Below are positions 11,922 through 24,700 of a DNA stretch of 64,000 nt, piece by piece. Origin of the DNA: Plasmodiophora brassicae. Lineage: Eukaryota. The notes under the pieces are model-generated. The model ran no database searches, was not told the origin of the DNA, and saw nothing but the letters and a program-made list of their open reading frames with translations. Made by a program: the position numbers and the translations under genes. Where the stretch lies: contig CP145411.1 of assembly GCA_036867785.1 (NCBI GenBank), positions 1,364,001-1,428,000 of the forward strand, in the 5' to 3' direction. Position 1 is the first letter of the stretch. Each line of letters starts with the position of its first letter.

Positions 11922-13123
11922 ATGTCGGGTGCCCGCAAGCAACGCAAGGTGGTCGTGCTCGGGTTCTCGTTCGTCGGGAAGGTACGTTCGCGTGCGCCAA
12001 CCGCGCAATGGAGTACGCCGCTGATCGTGCGCAGACGGCGATCTCGGTCCGGTTCTGCGCCGACCGGTTCAATGAGCGGTACGAGCCCACGTACGAGAAC
12101 TCGTTCCGACGCGTGATTCGGCATCGCGGGCAGGATATCGATGTCGTCATCACCGACACCCAAGGACAGGTATCGGACCGCCAGATGCGCCTGCGTCAGA
12201 CGGGACGTTCGCTGACCCCGCGCCAGGATGAGCAGGAACTGTTCCGGAACGAGTACTGCCTGGGCGCACACGCCTACGTTCTCGTGTTCAGCCTGACGTC
12301 TCCGAGGTCACTGCAGAACGTAACGCTCGTTGTCATGGAACGCGTCCGTCTCCAGTAATCTGAGACGGTCCGCCAGGTCAAGGTCATTAATGACAAGCTG
12401 ATCAACCTGATCGGGCACACGAAGATCCCGCGTGTGCTCGTGGGCAGCAAGCAGGACCTGGACACGGATCGGCGCATCCCGATCCAGGAATGCCTGGACC
12501 TGTCCCGGGAATGGGGCGTCCCGTACGTGGAATGCTCAGCGAAGCAGAACCTGAACGTCGACGAGGTGTTCCGCCTATCGCTGCAGGAGATCGACCGGTT
12601 CAGTGACGACGACATCGTGGGAGCGGCGCCCTGGTGGGCCTGCCCGCGCATCCCAAAGTTCTCGCCACCGTCCCCAGAGCTGACCATGACCGTGATCGCG
12701 ATCACGTGCATCGCCTGGGCCTGTGGCCTTGTCGGGATCGGCGTCTGGGAAGCCGTCCGACCGAAGAGCAGCGACGTCAACGACGTTGAGGCGTACCTTC
12801 TGTTCGGGTTCGGCCTGCTGACGATGTTCGCGTCCGTCATGGGCCTGATTGGCATCCGGAACATGCGCCACGAGTACATTCGGGGCTACGCGCTGTTCAC
12901 ATGGGCGCTGCTGCTCACTGAGGCCGTTGTCGCAATCGTGTTCGTGTGCGGCGGCATTGGGCGCCGTGCCGTCTCGTTGCTGTTTTCAGTCCCGGCTGTC
13001 GTTGCCAGCGTGGTTCAGTTCTCGGGCGCCCTGATCGCCTGGCAGTTGCAGCGGGATCTTCGGCACGTGATCCCGGACGACTTTGACCATTACGTCGCCG
13101 TCCCGAACGATATCTATCCCTGA
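11922..13123 (+). CDS. RHEB: Rheb-like small GTPase with four C-terminal TM segments instead of CaaX (multi-exon)
   Basis: RKVVVLGFSFVGKT, YEPTYEN, DTQGQDE, GSKQDL and ECSAK, followed in frame by four hydrophobic helices. Confidence 0.85.
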
Positions 13124-13193
13124 TGAGCGACAACGCTATTTATCCATTGGTTGTGGTTGCCGGTATCGCCAGACAATACACGACGTGCTAGTG

Positions 13194-13683
13194 TTAGGTG
13201 GCATCGATCGACATGATGTCCCTGGCGGTCTGATCGATGAGGTCCTGCGGCGCGCTGATTTGATGGAGCAGCTCGAGGTTGCGGGCGATCGCCCGCTTCT
13301 GGCAGGATCGGATGGTGCCGCCGTTGTGGATGACCCGAACGATCACCTGGCGCTGTTCGTACAGCGTCAGGAGCGTCAGCGCCACCCAGACCATCCGATG
13401 GTGTGAACGTGGACAGCGGATAATCGCAACGTTCGTAGCGTTGTTGAAGTATTTCACTGCGGCGCGCACACACACGTCGTCAGCGATCCGCAGCGTCTGA
13501 CGCGCGATGCGCGCACCGACCCTGCGTCGCATGCTGACAGGCAGCCAGGCCGAACTCACCGAACCCATCCGCGATCACCTTCTTGACGGTCCGCTGCAGC
13601 ATCGTTGCCGACAGGGAACGGTCCGTTCTGCCATCCGCCCAGATCAGTTCGACCAGCAGGTACCGGTTCTTGAACCGCACCAT
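13194..13683 (-). CDS. POP5: RNase P/MRP subunit Pop5 (2 exons)
   Basis: MVRFKNRYLLVEL...FGEFG...VKYFNNATNVAIIRC...GGTIRSCQK. Confidence 0.92.
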
Positions 13684-13804
13684 GACTACGTCCTATACTT
13701 CATCGCCTGTGCCTGGTGGCATTCACGGACTCCGCCACGCTGTACGCGGACTTCGACCATTCGCCGCCAGGCACAGGCCCCCGTTTGCGCCGCTCAGATC
13801 AGCA

Positions 13805-14563
13805 CTAACACAGTTGCCGTTGTGGTTCAGTATCAGTGGTGTTCGACGACGACGACGGCCAGTGGTCCGAGGGCGGGCGCCGTCTGGCGTTGTGGGGAAT
13901 GTCTGCCGCAGAGATCAATGGGGCATGACAACGCACGATGATGTATCTAATCGATCCGCGACGGCCATGGAGTGTATCAGGGTCCAAATCGTTGGTCGTC
14001 GAGTCGTCGTCTGGGTGCAGAGCCGCGCACACGCCAGTGTGTGCAGGCAGGCGTGCCTCTGGATCGGAAATGCAATCCCCGGTCACGATGACGGGAACGC
14101 TCCGGTTCTCTTCGCGGAACTCCTCGGGTCGCGTCAGGATGAGTTGCGTGCCTTGGTGGTCGCGCGCGACCTCATTCATGGCCCAGATGCGTGTTCGCCA
14201 GGAACAGCCTCGTCGCACACGTGCGATCCGTCGAGACAGCCGCCTGGTGCCCCAGGAAGGCGTTCTCCCGGGGATAATATCGCGGCAGGTCACGTGTGCA
14301 GAGCCAGGGCGCTCTCAGGTTCAGTCAGATCACGGCCTTGTGCCAAACGCGACCGGCGTGGGCCGCCGCCAGCGAGACGCCCAGTGGCATTGCACCTCCT
14401 GAGAACAACAGTGGGATTCGCGAATTTGACAGGCAAACATGTAACGCGACGTACAACGTGAAATCCAAACATGAATGTGGTGGGGCGAAGGGCGGTGCAA
14501 CCTTTGCAATGTCGCAAACGGCGACAGACGAGAGGCCCCGAGCGAGCCAAATGGACGCATCAT
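13805..14563 (-). CDS. Possible small multi-exon gene, unidentified
   Basis: Transit-peptide-like start (MMRPFGSLGASRLSPFATLQR) and coding-looking fragments. No family recognised; strand and structure are uncertain. Confidence 0.25.
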
Positions 14564-14612
14564 GCCCTGGCCGTTGTGATTGTTTACTTCCTGTCAGGCA
14601 CTGCTGCCCAAT

Positions 14613-17600
14613 TTATTCCTTCTTGGACGATGGGCGGCGGAGGCCGGCTCGACCAGGAGGCGACGACGCACGTCTGCGCCCGACGTTGGTAGGTCGCTGT
14701 CCCTGCTCGGCGTCAGCGGCGTCGACGATCGCGATCAGAGACGTGACGATTGCGGAATGCATAGCGACCCTGTCAGAACGCCGTCTGCCACCAGCATCTG
14801 TAGATACATGACAACAGTCAGAACAGACAGAGCGTCCAAGTGGAACGATAAGGCGGCCGTACCCTTGGCCGCTTTCTTTGCAGGATGTTCACTGTTCACC
14901 GTTGACAGTTCGGGGCTGGGATTCAGAACCGAATCGTCGACAAGCTTCCTCTTGGGCTTGCGTATCACTGGGTCGACTGATTGTTGGTCAGCAGGCACAT
15001 CGAACACCGGTTCAGAACTTGTTCTTGCTGGACGTCCCCGTCGACGGGTCGCCTGAGCGCTCGACGTCGGCGAAGACGATGGAGCGGCAGCAGCTGCTTT
15101 GTCGGCGTTTGCGGTATCTGATTTCGCTGGCCGTCCGCGCTTACGAGCAACGACGACATGGGCGGGCTCCACAATCGCATCAGTTGGATGGGTGGCGGAG
15201 GGTAGTTGCGAAACAATTCGACGACTGACCCGCCGGCTAGAACGTCCTTCGTTAAGCTGGTGGTCACTGTCGCCAGGCTCATTCGAAGACAATGGGAGCC
15301 CGTTAACAGCCTCGTCATCATCATTCCCGTCAACGATCACTTTCGGTCGCCCTCGCTTCCGAACAAGAGTCCCTCTTGTCCCTCGCTCAGAACCGGGTGA
15401 CCCAGAAGATACAGCCGGGACGTCGTCGGAAGCATTCTTCTTCGGGCGTCCACGTCTGCGAACTGGCGTGACCTCAGCAGCAGCACGTGGGGCAGGGGTC
15501 GATTCGGTCGGCAATGCAGTTGTACCGGCAGGTGATGGTGTGCCGTTCCGTCCCCTCGCTCGACCACGACGTACAGAAACGGGGCTATCGCCGGACGCGG
15601 ATTGAGCAACATTATTGGCAGCGGCCGTCGGCAAAGCAACAGCCGTCCCATCGTCTTGAACACCAGCGCCCGACAACCGGGTCGAATGACCTCGACTGCG
15701 AGTACCGGCGAGATCGTCGTCTTCAGAAGACGAGTGTGCGTCGACTTGGGCATTGCCTTGACCATCCATGGACCCTGCCGTCGACGCATGCTTCTTCGGG
15801 CGGCCCCGTTTGCGAGCAGTAGGTGAAGGACCGGCTTCCTTAGACGGTTTCGCTAGAGCATGTGGTCCTTGCTCAGAAATCGTATTCTTTGGGCGTTCGA
15901 TCGTTCGAGGCGTTTCAGCCAGCACTGCAACAGCGTGCTCGACACCGGGGACATCGGCGTCCCAATCAAGCAGACACAGCAGCGTACAGCTCGGTTCGTC
16001 GATGATGGTATTTGGCTCTTGCGACAATTTCCTCGATCGCCTCCGTGTCTGGAGACCGACGCTGGATGGACCTGCACGCTCGCCTCTCGACCTGCCGTCC
16101 TTGCAATCTGACGCCCGATCAATCGAGAGCGTCCGAGACGATCGCCTTCCACGACCGCAGCAAGCGTTCGCGGGAAAGCGTACGTGTCCTGAATGAACAG
16201 AATGGTCGACACCACCTTCAACAGTCTCATTCGCAGGGTGTTGGAGATTGTCACGAGCGCCATCAGTATTTGCCGACTTGCCGGTCCCGTCGCCGTTTTT
16301 CAATTGGCCTCGTCTGCACGTAATGACTACCTCTGGAGGGGGTAGTGCTAACGATGAGTCCTCGACCACGGCAATCGGTGCAACCTCAGGCGCTGCTGTC
16401 TCCCCATTAGCAAGGCTCTTCTTCGATGGACCCTTGGGACGAAGTGGCGCGGTTTCCATTCGAGGTACATCAACATTGTCGGAAACAGGCTCGTGCGAGC
16501 TTGAGATCGGTTCATCCGCAGATTTGTCGCATTCTGGAATAACCGCATCCCCCATAGCAACAGGAACCACATTGTCACGTTCAGAAGTAGCGACAACACC
16601 CAATGCAGAAGTATCGATGCTTGTTTGTGCGGAGTCGGTAATAGCCAGATCGCGATGCGCTGCATCATCGAAGGGAGCATCGGGTTCAACACGTTCGGAA
16701 ACAGCATCCGGTGGAGTAGAAACGTCGGCAATCGGTACCGCCGACACGAAAGACGTATGGGGCGGTTGCGCAGCATCGTTAACAGAATTTTCAGCCGTTG
16801 TTAGCATAAGCCCTTCGTCAGCAGAGGCGATGTTAAAAACTGGGACTTCAGGTAGAACCGGCGGCGGTGATAAATGCTGGATGCCAACACCATTCAAGGG
16901 AAATTTCGGATATTCCACAGAGGGGGGAGACAAACGAGTGGGAGACATGTGATGGCTCTTCAGGCCAGACTCAGTGCCTGGGGACGGCGAACGTGCAAGA
17001 TTGGACGGAGACATCCGGAGACTCAGGTGATCCGAAACAGTTGTCTCGAGAGGAGACGGTCGAAAATACGTTTCAGATTCGTCACGCTTACGAACAATTT
17101 GAGATGCATCCGGGGATGCGGGACATACGTCCACCTTTTCAGGGCCCGAGATGCCTTTGTCAAGGTGATGGCCAGAAGACTCGACAGATATCGGCAAACT
17201 AGGCGTCCCTGACCCTGCATACTTCGGTAGATGAACTGGATCGAATCGCTGTTTCTCAGAACGGCTGTCTCGAGAAAATGGTTGGACCGGCGACAGCTGA
17301 GATGGAGGACAACTTGGTGGGGGTGGCGGTGGAGGAGGCGGTGGAATGAAACGGCGAACTTGATCACCTATTGGACAAAAATCAGATAACATATCAGGGA
17401 ACCGATGCCCGAATGTACGAACCTCCATGTGCAGGACGTTGAACACTGCCTTTCGAAGAAAATAATGAGCGTGCTTGAGCGCACGTCACCTCAACAAACA
17501 CGCTGAAGTCAGGGACAGCATTAATGCGCATGTACTCAAGCATATCCCAGCAAACGGTTCGCACGTGATCCGCCGGAACTTGCTGAAATGCCGAGCAAAT

Positions 17601-19282
17601 GCGACGCGAATCGAACTGCTGATTGCATCCAGAAGCAACTTTCAGTAAGGCGTCGATGGCGACGGACGGATTTGGGGGCGGCGATAACCGAGCAACGTCC
17701 GGTGACAGTATGGCCAAGACTGACGATGGAATAACAAATACAGGCAATGAACCTGTCTGGATGTAATCCTCCCGGTCCTTCGGGGTCCAGTGATATGATT
17801 TGCAAAGCTCATCATTGCAAAGGTTTCGGATGTACGGCACACAGAGCACCCGACGAATACCGTTGGGCGGATAGAAGGCAATTCGGTTTGGAGGATGAAG
17901 CATGGGACATGAGAGGTCCAAACAGCCAAGCTGGGAAACGAGTGTCGGGCAAATAGGTAAAGGCTTAGATTCGTGAACAACTGGGCTCGAGATAGACAAG
18001 CGCCGAGCGGCGCTGGGATCAAGGGTATCGGAAGAGAGCGATGGTCGACGAGAGCAGATGGAGTGGATCAGTCGCCTAAGCAGTGGATAATCGGGGTAGT
18101 CGGCGAACCGGAGACCGTTCAGATGGGCAAACATCTCGTACACGGAATCCGGAAGTCGGTCTAAGCGCACGGGATTGATCCCAAACATTTTCTGTTTCAT
18201 CAGAGCGACTTCATGCTAGAGACAGTATGAGTGAACAATTACATTTGTAATCGGCACTAACCGCACCCGTGATTTACAATCAGCCCAAGGAACACGACCA
18301 AGAAGGAAATCAACAAGAACGTATAGTAAAGAGAATATGTCGTCGCGAGGGGCAAGCTCCTATGTAGAACATAATGAGACCAGCACCTGCCATGATTCGA
18401 ATGCGGTAACCTTAAAACTGTGAGAGTTCAGAGACGCGTATTTGCTAGTTCCTTTGAAATCAGCCGACATTCTAACAGCGCCAGTTTACACAGTGAACAC
18501 TGTAACCAGTTTGAGATCGGGAAACTCTTACCTAGGCGCTAGTATTTGTGATCCGTTAGAATGGCGACGAGCTAGGCCGAAATCGATCAAAAGACACTCG
18601 TGCTTGGCGGATCCTACGGGCCTGACAAAGTTTGACTGACAATAGGCTGATTCAGTAGCGACATTTGAGGAAGCGGTACTGTTCGTACCGGTTTGACATC
18701 ACGGTGAACGTAGCCGCACTTATGCAGAGCTTCCAAGCTGTCCAGCATAGAAAGTACGATAGCCGCAGCCTTACCAGGTCGAAACTGACCTCCAGGCTGA
18801 CGCTTTCTATATTCCGATATCGTTTCCTGGCATAACTGCATTGCAATATATGTCCCGCCAGATTCCAAGGTACCCTGCTCTACCATAGGGCATACACCGG
18901 GACACCCTGACGAACATGACTGTTAACGCTTCGCCATGTTAACAGCGAACCGCGTACTCACCTTGGATATCCTCGAGAACGGAGGCTTCCCACTCCAGCA
19001 AACGGCCTTCCTCTGGGATATCCGCCTTATCAACTTTAAGAGCCACAAATTCTGTGGATCCTTCGATAACGTCCTTTCGCATTGCGATATATACATCACC
19101 TGCAACGGGTTTGAGTTACTCGACAGTGCGGGACGCGGTTATCGCCACGTACTGTATCGACCCTGGCCCACTCTACGTTTCAAGACCCACACCCCATTGA
19201 GCAAGTACCCATCCGGGAACCGTTGCTGTGTCGCCCCGTTGCCTGACGGTGCACGCGGGGGCGCTGTTACCTCCGAGGCCAT
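14613..19282 (-). CDS. CK1-group (tau-tubulin kinase-like) kinase with long C-terminal region carrying multiple AT-hooks
   Basis: VGQGRYST, VALKVD, YVHRDVKPSNF, LIDFGLARR, FKGTSKYASLNSH, RDDIFSLLY, DYPDY. The C-terminal ORF has five RGRP motifs. The last exon is inferred. Confidence 0.8.
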
Positions 19283-19738
19283 GGTTTCACCTATGAGACG
19301 GCACGCCTCCAACCGGGATGATATTCCGGGCGCGCGGCCTTTCATCACTTTTTGCAGTGTCGTCCCCGTCCCGCGCTTCGAATCCGGTGCACCCCAGACG
19401 CGCTGATCTTGATGGAGGTAGGTCGGATTGAAGTCCGCCAGCCGGCCTGTCAGCGTGGAGCCTGGAGCGGTAACGTCGGTTCGACACATTCTCTAGGAAT
19501 GTTCCGAAACTGGGCGCGTTACATCGTACCACTGCCGGTTTGCCAGTAACGCCTTCCCAGTGCGAGCTGCACATCGACCTGGCTGGGCTGCCAGTCGGCG
19601 GCCAATGTGTTGCACGAAGGGGTGAAACTGAAAGGACCCTTTATCCGCCATCATCTGTGCACGGACCTCTCCTATCCTGGTCATTCTGCAATCGGGTTGT
19701 CACGCACCGCATCAACAAGACATCCAAGGCTGATCGAC

Positions 19739-20278
19739 ATGGGTTTCAACGGCCAAGTAACGACCTACGCAGCCCCGTTCGCCCCCGTCTGTCGCCAAGG
19801 GAAGTCCTACTTTGGCAACCCAGGCCAGTACGTCCCTGACACGTATCAGTGCTTCGGCAACGACCTGCTCGGCTCTTACGGGGCTGCGGCCGGTGACGCT
19901 CTCCAATTCGGCACAAAGTTCTTCAGCCACGACGACCGCGACTATCTGCGTGCCGACTTCAAGGACTGCCAGAGCAGCTACATGCTCTACATCGACACGC
20001 CCGGCGCCAAGAAAGACGACTGCTCGATCAAGTGCGATCCGGCGACGCACGTCCTGAACATCACCGTGCACTTCAAGGGCTGGGAGTCGTCGGCACAGCA
20101 GAGCAAGGTCCTGTGGTCAGAGCGACCGGTCGGCTACATGACACGTCAGATCAAGCTGCCTGCTGACGCGGACGTGAACAAGGTCTGCGCGAAGGAAGAG
20201 TGCGGCATCCTGCGTCTCGCCTTCCCGAAAATGACCGGCAAGGACGTCCAGTCCATGGTCGACATCCAAGTTCAGTGA
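19739..20278 (+). CDS. Small heat-shock protein (HSP20/alpha-crystallin domain)
   Basis: LRADFKD...YIDTPGAKKDD...SERPVGYMTRQIKLPADAD...GILRLAFPK. Confidence 0.9.
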   Translation: MGFNGQVTTYAAPFAPVCRQGKSYFGNPGQYVPDTYQCFGNDLLGSYGAAAGDALQFGTKFFSHDDRDYLRADFKDCQSSYMLYIDTPGAKKDDCSIKCDPATHVLNITVHFKGWESSAQQSKVLWSERPVGYMTRQIKLPADADVNKVCAKEECGILRLAFPKMTGKDVQSMVDIQVQ

Positions 20279-20448
20279 TTGCGGTCGTCGCCTGTCTCCG
20301 TCTCGTGTAGGTGCCTCCGAGCGATGTCGTTTTCATTAAACTGTTCCACTGTTGAGGCCCAAGTTCTGACATACAAGCCCTGAAAGTACGCATCGACGGC
20401 GCATGGACCTATGAGACACACTGTTCATTTACATCCGCTGTGAGGGTG

Positions 20449-21538
20449 TTATCGCCAACGGCGCTCCTTGGACGGAACAGCCGGCTGATTTCCAGGGCAA
20501 CGACGCAGAGGGCTGGGCTTGTTGATAACTTTGGCGCAGATCTCAATATGGCGATCGGCGGCGGGGCGACTGAACCGGCGGGAACAGTGCGGGCAAATCG
20601 CGAACTCAGATCTGGGATCATCCGACGGCGTCGTACGCTGCAAACTTCTCGATCGAGGTGCACTTGGCGGGGTCCTTGGCGTTACTCGGGAGGACGCGGA
20701 CGCAGGTCTCGTACTTGTCATGGTAGCAGACCCCCAATTCGCATTCAACATCGGTTCAAACGCCGACAACGGTCTCGCAAGCGGCGTTGTCGCCAAGGGT
20801 TCGCCACAGCGTGAGCAAAAGTACCCGATACGATCGGTTGCGCCGCAAGCGAAGCACGCCTTCTCCGAAGACGACGACATCGTCGACGATCGGCGATTTA
20901 TGCCCATGCAGATATGCTGGCGCAAGGCACCCGCAGTGGGGTACAAGAACCGGCACGTTCGACATATGCGGTCTTCGACATTGTCATCGCCGTCCGAAGA
21001 CCTGAGCAGCACTTTATCCAAGCGGCCGCTCACTTCCGCCCGCTTCAAAGACGGGCCAGCGTTTGCAAGATGTGCCTCTGCAGGGGCAGCCGATGATGGC
21101 TTCGTTAGGTACATGTTAAAGGTGGCCGAGAAAATACCCTTGCTCGCCCTGATGCATACCACGTGAGTACGAGCTGGGCCTAGCAATGCATCACTCCTGA
21201 CCCATTCAACGTGGAAGATGCAGTTGAAGGTCGAGACGCCGGTTTAGGTTTCCTGATCATTGGCGGGGGACGCGTCCGTCTTCGCATAGTGGCATCGTTC
21301 TGAATACAAGGGGCGTCAGACGCGCGGAGCACCCGTGCCAGGACCGCATTACAGGCCACTGCATCGTATTCTGTCGATCGACGAGCACGTCGTCATCGTC
21401 GGCCGACGTGTACGCCGAGCTGGACGGGTCGGTGGAGGCGCCCCCCTCATTCTCCTTGTCGACAAAGAAATCAATCGTGTCGAGCTCGCGGAACTGATTC
21501 GCCATTGCCCATCGGGTCCGGTGACGGGTCCAGTCCAC
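20449..21538 (-). CDS. C2HC-type zinc-finger protein (ZC2HC1-like, multi-exon)
   Basis: CPHCSRRFSRPAADRHIEICAK, CRTCRF...LRQHIC and CFAC...FCSRCG ribbon. Confidence 0.7.
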
Positions 21539-21751
21539 GACCGATACCGACCGGCGACGGCCCCCGCCAAGTCACCCCGCGCAATCAAAATGTCCTCTGC
21601 CCCGCAGACGTCCCCGACCCCGGGACTGACCCTGCAGTGCGGACTCTCTGCTGCCCCTGCCACAGCCACCCGCGGGCTCGCTCTGCGACAGCCACACCTG
21701 CCGATTTGCACAAACACACGTCTACGTAGGTCGTGAATGTATTCCATGCGT

Positions 21752-24700
21752 TCAGCGTCGCGCACTGGAAGGTGGACGACGCTGTGGTTGTGGACGCCGG
21801 GAGTCGTCCAGCGGCGGTCCTCGCGGGACGTAGGGCGCGTAACGGGAATCGTCACGTGCCTGGTAAGGGTCCGGTCCCCGTTGTGGGTACCTTCGCCCGT
21901 CGTTGTAGCTGTTGTACCCGTACGATGACCCGGACTGGTAGTCGTAGTACTGGTCTCGCGACGAGTAGGACTCGTATCGGCGATGCGAGTACGCGGCCAC
22001 GTCGTCGGACGCCTGGTACCGCCTGTCAGCGTAGTTGTTGCTGCTGTTGCTGTACACCTGAGAGCTGGGAGGATAAGGTTGCCGGTTGCTCCTCCTGTCG
22101 TCGTAACCCGCTTGCCGGCCGTAGTTGGTATACGAGTACGACGGTTCGCTGGGGCGACCGTAATACCGATAACGGTCGTCTTCGGAACCCCTGGTAGGCA
22201 GGGCCTGCTGTGCCATGCGGACGCCAGCGGACGAGAGTTTGGCTTGCGGCTGACGGCCGCCTCCACCGCCGGCATCGAACATCAGGGACCGACCTCCGTA
22301 CCTTCGAAAACTGGTGACGGATGAGAAGTCTTCAGGTTTCAGGACAGGTTCCGCCACGACGGTACCCGGCAGCAATTGGCACCGATGTTCGACTGGAGCG
22401 GGATGCTCGAAGATCGCGGATATGGCTCGATTATGGGATAGGGCTCTGGAGAATGGACCCAGGTTCAATGTAACGCGCGACGAGGGCAGCGCTGCCTTTG
22501 GATACGGTTTCAGCTTCCCGGTCACACCTACGCTCTGAAGGGTCGTCGTTGTCAGTTTCTTCCATCCAGATAACGCTACTAGGAGAGAGACACTCTGTTT
22601 ACCTTGTCCCCTGCGATATGAGTACCGGCGCTGTTCAGCATCTCGGCGCTCGTCTTGTGTTTGAGATACAGGGCCGATATTTCGATGCCGACGACATGGG
22701 AAGCATTCGTGTACAGGTAATCGGAGCCGGTCGAGTCGCGCGCCTTTTCGACATCGTTCAGCGTTGGGCGGACCGTCTCCAGCGTCTCCAATAGAAGGTT
22801 CTGGTCAATGAACGGAAGCAAGACAACTGCCTGCCAAGCCCACTTCTTCCCGTTCAAGTCAACCTATGATATCGATTAAACTGACGTCGGTCCCAACCCA
22901 TTGCCGGGTATTACCGCAAAGTCCTCCGGGTAGAAGTGCAGAATCGGGGAATCAGACCTCGTCATTAAGTCCCGATAGGCTGGAGGAAGACAATGAGAAC
23001 TGGCCGCTGGAAGAACGCCCATCAACTGGGAAAGTGGCGAGAACGGTTTCCCCAGGGTGAGCTGGACGTCGAACTGGTCGATGTTCCGGAGGTCGGACGC
23101 AAACGGCGCATAATGGTACGGATAGAACCTGTTTGCCCAACTGTCAAACCTAAACAGCTCGTGGCACGCGGATACCCAGCACTCACCACTCCCAGGACTG
23201 GCATCCTCGGTAGTAGTAGAGCATCACCCAGCGCAGGCCTTGTGTATAACATCGGGCGATCTCAACGATTTCGTCATGGTTCGCCGTACGGTCGTAACCG
23301 AACTTTGCCTTATAGTAACGGTCCTGGAACCGAGTAAAGGAGTGCTCATGATAACAATCGTGCCAGGGACGACATACCTTGTAGCCTTGCTCATGGAAAC
23401 GAAGAGTATCTGGCGCGTCCGGCACGCGGTTCATTTCCTCGACTGCTTTCTTGACGAAAAGCGCATACTCGTCGTGATGAGCTGGCCAAACAAGACGGAC
23501 TGAGCCGCTTTAAGCCACACTGTCATGCGACGAACGTACCGGCAGCCTGCTTGAGGTCAGCGAGTACCTCATCCTCGTCAGATGAGCTGCTTGAAGGAGC
23601 TGCAACGTCTTCCTCTTCTTGCTCCTGTGCTTCAGCGTCATTGTCGGCAAGGACCTCAGCTGCTGCTGTGCTCGGATCGCTCGCTTCCTCTTTGTCATTA
23701 TCAACTGGAGCTTCAGCCGACGCAGCAGGCGACACAGACGACAGCCTTGCGCGTAAATCGCTCGCCGCCGCCTGATTTGCGCTAACCGAGCTTCCCTGAG
23801 TGACAATGTTCCCGGGTTTGATCACGCGCCGCTCTGGCATAATAGGCCTGATGCCGCCGACTGCATCGTCAGCAGCGATACCGCTTCTCCTTGATTTCTT
23901 TCGTCGTTCCTTGTCATCTTCACCGAGCTATGGACTGCGTTAGACACTATTACAGGAAAGAAATGCCATGGCGAATACAAGGGCGGATTCGGAACGTGAA
24001 CGCTTCAACGCGTCTGCCTTTGACTGACGGTCGCGCTCTTGCTGCTCCTGGCGTCGTTTATTCCGCTCCTCTTGCCGGTGACGACGACGCAGGAGTTCGG
24101 GTTCTTGCATGCCAATCTATTCCCAGAGTCAGCCAGCTGGAAATGAACTAGAGTACGCGTTCATCATACTTCGTCGAAAATCACATCGACGCGAGATAGA
24201 TTGACTTCCCCAGCATTCGTCAGGTACCCGCCGAGCAGCGGCAGTTTCGCTTTGTACAGCCTTATAAGGTCATCTATCAACGCAGCATACCGTCAGTAAG
24301 TCCTGGACAATAGGAGCAGCAGACAGAGGCGAGCAGTACCGAGGGCGCCTTCCCGAATTTCCAAGGACGGCAGGTGCGGAAGGAAATCGTTACCGACGAA
24401 GAAGCATAAGAAAACAAAATCGTCAATGACACGTTCGAGGTCCCATTGGAACGGTAGATCCTCAACGTAAAGTTCCTGATTGTGGCGCACATAAGTATCA
24501 AGTCGTGGCGACACACGACAAGAGACTAACAGAAGCCAGGTACTCCCGGAGCACGCTGATGCTCAGAAACTGAAACGGGGAATCCTTGACGGCAGTAGTC
24601 TCGTCGAATTCCGTCTCCTTAGTCTTGGCCTTGCCTTGACAATCGGCAGCAAAGTGGCCCTGCTGCCCACACGTATGGCAACCCTGCCCGATCACTTGTC

